Assembly (NCBI GenBank): GCA_012840075.1
Contig: DUMC01000126.1
Span: 30,594 to 94,593, forward strand
From: Clostridiaceae bacterium
Lineage (GTDB): Bacteria > Bacillota > Clostridia > Acetivibrionales > DUMC01
DNA length: 64,000 bases
Reading direction: 5' to 3'
Shown here: in pieces, positions 47,891 through 55,885 of the stretch
Position numbering within the stretch: position 1 is the stretch's first letter
How the letters are laid out: the number at the start of each line of letters is the position of its first letter
The notes under the pieces: model-generated
What the model was told of the DNA's origin: nothing
The model's input: the letters and a program-made list of their open reading frames with translations, nothing else
Database searches by the model: none
Made by a program: the position numbers and the translations under genes

Positions 47891-48658
47891 ATGAATGAGA
47901 GACAACAGAAGATTTTATCTATAATGGAAGATTGTAACGGAGAAGTTCAGCTTCAAGAATTAAAGAAATTATTTCCCGAAGTTTCTACCATGACATTGAG
48001 AAGGGATCTTATAAACCTTGAAAATGCAGGGTATCTTATACGTACCTATGGCGGCGCTGTAAGTGTAAAAAAAGTAACTAACGGGATAAAGGAAGAAGAT
48101 GCCTACTCAATAAGGGCTACTGAAAATGTGGAAGCAAAGATGAAAATAGCGGAAAAAGCAGTACCCATGGTAGAAAAGGGACGTTCTGTGTTTTTTGATG
48201 CAGGAAGCACTTTAATGTGCCTTGCAAGATTACTGCCTGATGAAAACTTTTCCATATTAACAAGTGGTACAAATATTGCCCTTGAAATTGTAAAAAAACT
48301 AAGGCCGTCCGTGGTCACTTTAGGAGGACAGATTAACAGGAATTCTCTTTCAGTGTCCGGACCGTATGCCAACTCAATGCTGGATAATCTTAACATTGAT
48401 TTGGCTTTCATGTCTTCATCAGGGTTCTCATTGGAAAGCGGTTTTACAGTTGGAAATATATATGAATGCGAATTGAAGAGAAAAGTCGTAAAAAGGGCGC
48501 AAAAGGTAATATTACTTATGGATACAAGCAAAATAAACAAAAATTTACCTTTTACTTATGCAACTTTGGAAGATATAGATGTATGGATATGTGAAAAACC
48601 TTTGCCACCTGAAATTGAAGCTGAAGCCAAAAAGTGCGGAGTAAAAATTATAATCTAA
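47891..48658 (+). CDS. DeoR-family transcriptional regulator
   Basis: 255 aa. N-terminal HTH (RQQKILSIMEDCNGEVQLQELKKLFPEVSTMTLRRDLINLENAGYLIRTYGGA) and a C-terminal DeoR sugar-phosphate sensor domain (FFDAGSTLMCLAR, AFMSSSGF). Confidence 0.85.
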   Translation: MNERQQKILSIMEDCNGEVQLQELKKLFPEVSTMTLRRDLINLENAGYLIRTYGGAVSVKKVTNGIKEEDAYSIRATENVEAKMKIAEKAVPMVEKGRSVFFDAGSTLMCLARLLPDENFSILTSGTNIALEIVKKLRPSVVTLGGQINRNSLSVSGPYANSMLDNLNIDLAFMSSSGFSLESGFTVGNIYECELKRKVVKRAQKVILLMDTSKINKNLPFTYATLEDIDVWICEKPLPPEIEAEAKKCGVKIII

Positions 48659-48704
48659 GTTATGATCTAATTCGTATTAATCAAACATGGGAGGATGATT
48701 TATT

Positions 48705-49490
48705 ATGACACTACCTTGCAAAAGACTGGAAGGGCAAGTTGCCATTGTTACCGGAGCAGCCCAGGGACTTGGAGAAGCATTAGCCAGGAGATTAGATTAT
48801 GAAGGCTGCAAAGTAGTTGTGGCAGATATAAATTTAGAAAAGGCCGAGAAAGTTACCTCGGAATTAAGTGATGCTATTGCCGTTAAAGTGGATGTAACCA
48901 ATGAAGAGCAAGTTGAAAATATGGTTAAAGCAGCAGTGGATAAATACGGTAAACTTGATCTAATGGTATCTAATGCCGGTATTTTAATAGCAAAACCTAT
49001 ATTAGAATTTACACGTGAAGAATGGCAAAGAGTAATTGATATAAATCTTGTGGGATACTTTCTATGTGCAAAAGCTGCAGCAAGGGTGATGATACCAAGA
49101 AAGAAAGGCAATATTATTCAAATAAACAGCAAATCAGGGAAAAAGGGATCATATAAGAACTCTGCATATGCTTCTTCCAAGTTCGGAGGAATAGGATTGA
49201 CCCAGAGCCTTGCTCTTGAGCTTGCCGAATATAATATAAGGGTTAATGCAATTTGTCCGGGTAATCTGTTGGATTCACCTCTTTGGGTAAACAGCTTGTA
49301 TGAACAATATGCAAGAAATCAAGGTCTTACGGTGGAACAGGTTAGACAGAAATATTTAGGTCAGGTTCCTCTTGGAAGAGGATGCACTTATGAGGATGTT
49401 GCAAATGTATTGGTATTTCTTGCTTCAGATGAATCAAGTTATATGACGGGTCAGGCAATTAACGTCACAGGCGGGCAAGAGATGAGATAA
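48705..49490 (+). CDS. short-chain dehydrogenase, sorbitol-6-phosphate 2-dehydrogenase (SrlD/GutD)-like
   Basis: 261 aa. VAIVTGAAQGLG. IIQINSKSGKKGSYKNSAYASSKFGGIGLTQSLALELAEYNIRVNAICPGNLLDSPLW and GQAINVTGGQEM align closely, from memory, with E. coli SrlD. Confidence 0.8.
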   Translation: MTLPCKRLEGQVAIVTGAAQGLGEALARRLDYEGCKVVVADINLEKAEKVTSELSDAIAVKVDVTNEEQVENMVKAAVDKYGKLDLMVSNAGILIAKPILEFTREEWQRVIDINLVGYFLCAKAAARVMIPRKKGNIIQINSKSGKKGSYKNSAYASSKFGGIGLTQSLALELAEYNIRVNAICPGNLLDSPLWVNSLYEQYARNQGLTVEQVRQKYLGQVPLGRGCTYEDVANVLVFLASDESSYMTGQAINVTGGQEMR

Positions 49491-49673
49491 AGAGTGTTTA
49501 ATTTACTTAAATTGATTTGTTTAGATTGCTAAATTGTATTTGAATTTTAAATTGTTAAATTGTTAAATTGTGTTTAAATCATGCCCATTGCTCGAGGTGG
49601 AAGGTCTCCAACTTAAAAAGGGTGCAGCATTGTAAAGGGAATAAAAGATAGAAAAATCAATGCAGGTGGTTAT

Positions 49674-51041
49674 ATGGATAAAAATAGCAGTAATGCAAGT
49701 AATGCGATTAATCAAAATGTGCATAACGCAATTAATGTGAATAATGCAATTAATGAAGAGGAGTATTCAAACCTTGTAGAAAATTTGAATAATGAGGATG
49801 TAAATATAAGATTAAGAAGCCTGGAACAATTGAAGAGCCTAATAGACAAGGGAATTATAAAAGAGCCTGAAAGGTATAATGATGTTAACAACCACATACA
49901 TACAACATTCTCATTTTCACCCTATTCTCCTACCAAATCAGTATGGATGGCATATATGTCCGGTTTGATTACAGCAGGCATAGTGGACCACGATTCCATT
50001 GCAGGCGCGGAAGAGTTTATTGAAGCAGGAAGAATAATGAATCTACCAACGACTATTGGTGTTGAATGCAGGGTTGATTTTTCATGCACACCTTTAAAGG
50101 GGAGAAGAATAAACAATCCTGACCAGTCATCAATTGCATATGTTACCCTTCATGGTATACCTCATACCAAGATAAACGATGTAAAACAATATTTCATCCC
50201 TTATATTGAAGAAAGAAACAAGCGTAATAGGCTGATGGTAGAAAGAATAAATAATGTTTTTGCTCCTTTTGGCATAAAGCAGGATTTTGACAATGATATC
50301 GTGCCACTATCCCAGTTTCGTAACGGTGGAACCATAACAGAAAGGCATATTCTGTATTCTCTTGCCCTGAAACTAGTAGAAAAATATGGTAAAGGCCAAT
50401 CCCTTGTAAATTTCCTTAAAGAGCAGTTAAATATAAACCTAAAAACAAAACTTGAAAATTACCTTTTGGATAAAGCGAATCCCTTCTATGAATACGACTT
50501 ACTAGGGGTATTGAAGAGTGATTTGGTAAGTATTGTATATGTTGATGCGAAGGAAGAATGCCCCGACGTGAGAGAATTCTTGGAATTTGGAAGAAAAATC
50601 GGAGCAATATCTGCATATGCTTATCTAGGTGATGTAACGGATTCCGTAACAGGAGATAAAAGGAGACAAAAATTCGAAGATGATTACATAGATGAATTGT
50701 TCCAGGTATTAAAAGATCTGGGATTTAACGCCGTAACATACATGCCTTCAAGAAACACAAGAGAGCAACTCAGAAAAGTAAAAAGTTTATGCCAAGAATA
50801 CGGGTTTTTCCAGATAAGCGGGGAGGATATAAATTCCCCGAGACAACCTTTTGTATGCAAGGCAATGAGAGACCCGGAATTCGCCAACTTGGTTGATTCA
50901 ACCTGGGCTCTTATTGGTCATGAGATAGCAGCAACCAGAAATATCGACGAAGGAATGTTTTCACAAAAAACAATCGAAAAATATCCGGATTTGAATGAAA
51001 GAACAGCAGTGTATAAAGAAATAGGTCAAAGAGGTTATTAA
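49674..51041 (+). CDS. PHP (polymerase/histidinol-phosphatase) domain metal-dependent phosphoesterase
   Basis: 455 aa. CAGGTGG RBS. HxH motif NNHIHTTFSFSPYSP and IVDHDSIAGAEEF. Has an Asn-rich N-terminal extension of about 60 aa (SNASNAINQNVHNAINVNNAINEE). Confidence 0.6.
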   Translation: MDKNSSNASNAINQNVHNAINVNNAINEEEYSNLVENLNNEDVNIRLRSLEQLKSLIDKGIIKEPERYNDVNNHIHTTFSFSPYSPTKSVWMAYMSGLITAGIVDHDSIAGAEEFIEAGRIMNLPTTIGVECRVDFSCTPLKGRRINNPDQSSIAYVTLHGIPHTKINDVKQYFIPYIEERNKRNRLMVERINNVFAPFGIKQDFDNDIVPLSQFRNGGTITERHILYSLALKLVEKYGKGQSLVNFLKEQLNINLKTKLENYLLDKANPFYEYDLLGVLKSDLVSIVYVDAKEECPDVREFLEFGRKIGAISAYAYLGDVTDSVTGDKRRQKFEDDYIDELFQVLKDLGFNAVTYMPSRNTREQLRKVKSLCQEYGFFQISGEDINSPRQPFVCKAMRDPEFANLVDSTWALIGHEIAATRNIDEGMFSQKTIEKYPDLNERTAVYKEIGQRGY

Positions 51042-51218
51042 TGGGTCAGGCAAAGTAAAAGCAAAAGTAAATTATTCAAGCCTGACCATGTTTACTGTTT
51101 AATACTCAATCAATAAACTTACAAGTAAATTATTCAAGCCTGGACCCCACAATATTATAAAAAAATAAGTTCAGATTTGCTGAACGCCAACTATTATATA
51201 AAAAAGAGGTGAAATGAT

Positions 51219-52721
51219 ATGATGAAAGTTTTAGCCTTTGACTTTGGTGCAAGTAGCGGTCGCGGTATTTTAGGTACATATGACGGGAAAAAGCTACAAC
51301 TTGATGAAATCCACAGATTTTCAAATGATCCCGTTATGCTAAACGGAACGATTTACTGGGATGTCTTAAGATTGTTTCATGAAATGAAAACAGGCATATT
51401 GAAATGTATCCAGGAAGGGCATCAGGATATCAGTGGGATAGGCGTTGATACCTGGGGTGTTGATTTCGGTTTAATCGGAGCTTCCGGCGAACTTTTGGGA
51501 AATCCCGTTCACTACAGGGATGCAAGAACAGAAGGCATGATGGAAGAAGCTTACAAGATGGTACCAAAAAGGGAGATATATGAAGAAACCGGTATTCAGT
51601 TCATGGTATTTAACACATTATACCAATTATTGTATTTGAAGCTAAAAAACCCGACATTACTTGAAAATGCAGATAAGATGCTTCTTATGCCTGATTTGTT
51701 CAACTATTTTCTTTCGGGAGAAAAATATAGTGAATACAGCATAGCCAGTACTACCCAATTATTAAATCCCAGAACAGGGGATTGGTCAAGTAGACTAATA
51801 GAAGCTTTGGGGCTGCCTAAAAAAATTTTTGCTGATATTATAAATCCGGGAACTGTTATAGGGAAAGTTAATAAAGAAATTAAAGAAGAATTACTGCTGA
51901 AGAATGATATTCCTGTTATTGCAGTAGCGGGACATGATACTGGAAGTGCTGTGGTATCAGTACCGGCCACAGATGAGAAATTTGCATATCTTAGCAGCGG
52001 AACATGGTCGCTGCTTGGAGCAGAACTTCCTGAGCCAATAATTAATGAGACTACCTTCAATTTGGATTACACTAACGAAGGTGGCTATAACAGGACTACG
52101 AGACTACTTAAAAACATTATGGGATTGTGGATATACCAGGAATGCAAGAGAACATGGGATAAAATCGGGGAATCTCACAGCTATGATGAATTAGAAGAGA
52201 TGGCCGAAAAAGAAGAAGCTTTCGTTTGTTTTATTGACCCTGATGATGACTTGTTCTACAGACCTGGCAATATGCCTCAAAATATTATTGATTTCTGCAA
52301 AGATACAGGCCAGAAAGTTCCTGAAAGCAAGGGTGCCATAGTAAGGTGCATAATGGAAAGCTTGGCTTTAAAATATAACATGATTATTAAAGGACTTGAA
52401 AAAATACTAGGTTATGAAATTCCTGTTCTCCATATTGTAGGGGGAGGATCAAGAAATACTTTATTATCTCGTTTCACTGCCAATGCAACAAAGAAAACCG
52501 TTGTAACCGGGCCGGTGGAAGCAACTGCGACAGGTAACCTGCTTTGCCAGTTAATGGCATTGGGTGAAGTTTCAGGTCTTTCACAGGCACGTCAACTTGT
52601 AATCGAATCTTTCCCCACAACTGTTTATGAACCCGAAGATACAGCTAAATGGGAAGAAGCTTATGAGAAATTTAAAAAGATCATCGTAATAAGGAAAAAC
52701 CGCCTGAATTCAGTTAAATAA
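51219..52721 (+). CDS. FGGY-family carbohydrate kinase, rhamnulokinase (RhaB)-like
   Basis: 500 aa. AGAGGTGA RBS. Blocks LAFDFGASSGRGILGTY...LDEIHRFSN, GVDTWGVDFGLI, HYRDARTEG, LMPDLFNY and HIVGGGSRNTLL. Confidence 0.8.
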   Translation: MMKVLAFDFGASSGRGILGTYDGKKLQLDEIHRFSNDPVMLNGTIYWDVLRLFHEMKTGILKCIQEGHQDISGIGVDTWGVDFGLIGASGELLGNPVHYRDARTEGMMEEAYKMVPKREIYEETGIQFMVFNTLYQLLYLKLKNPTLLENADKMLLMPDLFNYFLSGEKYSEYSIASTTQLLNPRTGDWSSRLIEALGLPKKIFADIINPGTVIGKVNKEIKEELLLKNDIPVIAVAGHDTGSAVVSVPATDEKFAYLSSGTWSLLGAELPEPIINETTFNLDYTNEGGYNRTTRLLKNIMGLWIYQECKRTWDKIGESHSYDELEEMAEKEEAFVCFIDPDDDLFYRPGNMPQNIIDFCKDTGQKVPESKGAIVRCIMESLALKYNMIIKGLEKILGYEIPVLHIVGGGSRNTLLSRFTANATKKTVVTGPVEATATGNLLCQLMALGEVSGLSQARQLVIESFPTTVYEPEDTAKWEEAYEKFKKIIVIRKNRLNSVK

Positions 52722-53031
52722 ACAATTTCATTCTTTATCTTATTTTTGTAATTCAATTTTGTATTTATATAATTTAAATTTTTTAAATTTTATATTAGTT
52801 GCCTGAAAAATTTATAATTTGCTGGAACAATTATCTAATACTTCACGTCAAACATGTGAAAGCAAATAGGCAAGGTATGTGATAAGAAGGCGGGGAACTG
52901 ACGAAGAGGCAGGGACTTTGGTACTTTATGGATTATGCACATAACACCCCGCCGAATAGTTAAAGCAACTGTTTTATTATCACAAGATGCATTTTTGCCA
53001 ATTACATATTTAACTGAAAGGGAGGTTTCTT

Positions 53032-55638
53032 ATGAGAAAAGTCATTTCGCTGGTTTTATCAATAATGTTGATAGTTTCATTAGCAGTACCGGCCTTTGCT
53101 TCTGCTGAAGTTACATCATCAACGGAAGTCAAAGCTTCCGAAGGAAGCAACAGCGAGCTGGAAGAGGTTTTAAAAGCTGTCAGAAGGAAATTTGATATTC
53201 CTGAAAGTCTTAAATTTGAAAGCTACAGTGTTAGCGAATGGGATGGGGAAAAAGTATGGTATTTATATTGGCGTGACAAAGAAAAAGATACAAGTATTAG
53301 TATTAATATTACCGCGGACGGCATAATAAAGAATTATAGTTATTATGAACCTTATGATTATCCGTCGGGCGTCAAGCTTCCGAAAATTGAAGAGGAAGAT
53401 GCTCTTGAAATAGCAAAGAGTTTCATACGCTTTGTTGCTCCTGAAGGCACATTAATGGAAATTGAAAAACAGGATGTGTACCAAAATCCGTTAAGTAACC
53501 GTTATTATTATTTTAACTTTTACAGATCGGTAAATGGTGTACCTTATTACAGTAACAACATTTATATAATGATAGATAGTGAGACGGGAAAGGTCACCCA
53601 CTATAATTATAACATGGAACGTGATTTGGTATTCCCTGATCCAAAACAAGCCATATCCTTAGCAGAAGGAGAAAAGGCTTATGCTGAACAGTTAGGTCTT
53701 AAACTTGTATATCAATATAATTATGATTACAATAAGAAAGAATTGTATATATATCCTGCTTATATTCCAAAATACAGCAACAGCATATATGCTATAGATG
53801 CAATTACAGGAGAAAAGATACGAATTACTTACCCGTATATTAGAATAGCATATGATGGTACGGCTGATGAAAGTGCTATGATGGATGTAATAAAATCAGC
53901 AGCAGGTGCTGCAGGTGAACCTGTTTTAACGCCAGAAGAACTTGAAGCTGTAAAAAAACAGTTGAATCTTTTCACTGAAAAGGATGCAGAAAGAATTGCC
54001 AGGGAAACTCCGGAAATAGGTTTAGATGAAAGCTTCTTATTAAGAAGTTGGAATCTTAATAAAAAATGGCCAATGCAGGATGAGTATGTTTATTATCTGT
54101 ACTTTGTTAAAGAAGTCGGTGAAGAAACAGAAGCTTCCATTCCTCCGGAAAAAGCAGCAATAATGGCAGCTGCCGGAGTCGATATAGAAACATACAAAAG
54201 GATCTTTTATGCCAATGTTTCAATTGACGCGCAAACAGGTGAAATTCTCAGTTTCAACAATAGTGCCTTGAATAATACTGATGCGAAGAAACAACCTGAA
54301 TTCAACGAAGAAGAAGCAAAAGCTGCAGTTGAGGAATTCCTGAAGAACTTCATAGGAGAAAAATTTGATCAGGTTGAATATCAGGAGCCGGAGGAAGATT
54401 ATATAATATATAGGACTGCTGCGGAGACTGAACCTGAGAGATATTTTAGCTTTAATTATACAAGAAAAGTTAATGATATATTATTCCCTGGGAATAATAT
54501 ATATGTAAGTTTTGATGCCGTCACCGGAAAAGTAACAAGCTTCAGCATGACATGGTTTAACGTTGATTTCCCTGCAATTGATAATGTGATAACTCTAGAA
54601 GAAGCTAATAAAGCTCTTTTTGAAAATATCGGCCTTGAACTGCAATACCAAAAAATAGTAAGACCAAGTGATTATCCCATACCCTTGTCTAATGTGAAAG
54701 AGGTTTCCGTGGTTGAGGCAAAAGCTGAAAGCATAAGAGCTGAAATTGTTGATTTACCCGTGTCAGCCGTAACTGATGTAGTTGATGGGGCAAATGTTGA
54801 AAGCAATGCGGAAGATGCAGTGGGAGTTGAAAAAACTGCTGAAAAAGGGGCAACCGATGAAGTTGAAAGAGCAGTTGAAATTGATGCATCCGGTGCAACC
54901 GCTGCAGCTGATGCAGCAACAGATGGTGCAATTGAAACCGGTGAAACTTCTCGACCGGCAGATGTTGATACTAGAATATACCCTCCACCGGTGATACCAA
55001 AATATGACTATGAAGTTAAACTCGTATATGTATTAAAATCCGGAAGACCATATATATTAGATGCATATACGGGAAATGTAATAGGATATGACGGCAAACC
55101 TTATAAAGAAGACAAACCGGCCGAGTACACGGATTTGGACGGTCACTTTGCAGAAAAACAGATTAAATTGCTTGCTAAATACAGAATAATCGATTTTGCA
55201 GGACCGGAATTCAAGCCTGGTGAAAAAGTTACACAGAAAGAATTTCTAATGATTTTATCGAAAATATTAGACAGATATTATATACCTTATATAACTGAAG
55301 ACAGCACTCAAGAAGAAATTGATGAAATGTATAAACAATTGATTAGAAGAGGGATTGTAAAGGAAGGAGAAAAAGATCCTGATGCGATAATAACGAGAGA
55401 AAATGCCGTTAAGTTTATAATAAGGGTCCTGAATTATGAAAAAGTAGCTAATATCAGAGGTATTTTCATAGTACCTTTTGAAGATGCGGAAGATATTGCT
55501 CCTGAGTTGGAAGGATATGTTGCCATTGCAGCTGGGTTGAAAATAGTGTCCGGATCAGGAGGCAAATTTAATCCTAAAAAAGAATTGACAAGAGCTGAAG
55601 CAGCAGTAATGATTTACAACTGTCTTGCTTTAAATTAG
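53032..55638 (+). CDS. secreted cell-wall protein with PepSY/YcdB-YcdC-like repeats, an acidic Ala/Asp/Glu/Thr linker and C-terminal SLH domains
   Basis: 868 aa. AGGGAGG RBS. Signal peptide MRKVISLVLSIMLIVSLAVPAFASA. Repeated modules ending in ETGKVTHYNYN, QTGEILSFNNS and VTGKVTSFSMTW. SLH-type repeats (YTDLDGHFAEKQIKLLAKYRII...VTQKEFLMILSKIL; FEDAEDIAPELEGYVAIAAGLKIVSGSGGKFNPKKELTRAEAAVMIYNCL). Confidence 0.75.
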   Translation: MRKVISLVLSIMLIVSLAVPAFASAEVTSSTEVKASEGSNSELEEVLKAVRRKFDIPESLKFESYSVSEWDGEKVWYLYWRDKEKDTSISINITADGIIKNYSYYEPYDYPSGVKLPKIEEEDALEIAKSFIRFVAPEGTLMEIEKQDVYQNPLSNRYYYFNFYRSVNGVPYYSNNIYIMIDSETGKVTHYNYNMERDLVFPDPKQAISLAEGEKAYAEQLGLKLVYQYNYDYNKKELYIYPAYIPKYSNSIYAIDAITGEKIRITYPYIRIAYDGTADESAMMDVIKSAAGAAGEPVLTPEELEAVKKQLNLFTEKDAERIARETPEIGLDESFLLRSWNLNKKWPMQDEYVYYLYFVKEVGEETEASIPPEKAAIMAAAGVDIETYKRIFYANVSIDAQTGEILSFNNSALNNTDAKKQPEFNEEEAKAAVEEFLKNFIGEKFDQVEYQEPEEDYIIYRTAAETEPERYFSFNYTRKVNDILFPGNNIYVSFDAVTGKVTSFSMTWFNVDFPAIDNVITLEEANKALFENIGLELQYQKIVRPSDYPIPLSNVKEVSVVEAKAESIRAEIVDLPVSAVTDVVDGANVESNAEDAVGVEKTAEKGATDEVERAVEIDASGATAAADAATDGAIETGETSRPADVDTRIYPPPVIPKYDYEVKLVYVLKSGRPYILDAYTGNVIGYDGKPYKEDKPAEYTDLDGHFAEKQIKLLAKYRIIDFAGPEFKPGEKVTQKEFLMILSKILDRYYIPYITEDSTQEEIDEMYKQLIRRGIVKEGEKDPDAIITRENAVKFIIRVLNYEKVANIRGIFIVPFEDAEDIAPELEGYVAIAAGLKIVSGSGGKFNPKKELTRAEAAVMIYNCLALN

Positions 55639-55740
55639 GTTCTTAAACAGATAGGTTTTGTTAAAACAGAGAGTGGAGCTTATTTGTAAGTGATTTTGTA
55701 AGTGATAGTAAGAAAAGCTCTCCCCTATAATATTTCGTAT

Positions 55741-55882
55741 GGGGACACATCCTCTTTGAAGGTACTTTACTTCCGAAGACATTTTCAAAGCAGAGGAGAT
55801 CACGATACTTCAGAAAGTAACTATTTCAGAGAGAAACCCTAAAGCTTCAAAGAAATTCTAAAGCTTCAAAGAGGTGTGTCTC
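55741..55882. repeat. Family-B-related inverted repeat pair spanning the gap between convergent genes
   Basis: GGGGACACATCCTCTTTGAAG (55741-55761) pairs with the reverse complement of CTTCAAAGAGGTGTGTCTC (55864-55882), about 100 nt apart. There is an internal direct repeat CTAAAGCTTCAAAGA x2. The right arm abuts the stop of the MutS-related gene. Confidence 0.6.
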
Positions 55883-55885
55883 ACA

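Noticed and set aside
52860-52955. Resemblance of AAATAGGCAAGG...GACGAAGAGGCAGGGAC to the c-di-GMP-I (GEMM) riboswitch core (GGCAAACC...GACGCAAAGCC).
   Set aside because: Only loose similarity. I could not place the P2 GNRA tetraloop or the P3 receptor, and key conserved positions differ. It is kept only as an unclassified structured leader in the findings.
54689-54994. Track ORFs 54689..54931(-) and 54782..54994(+) with Q/L/H- or K/M/Q-rich peptides.
   Set aside because: They are alternative-frame translations of the GCA/GAA/GAT-rich acidic linker of the 868-aa SLH protein.
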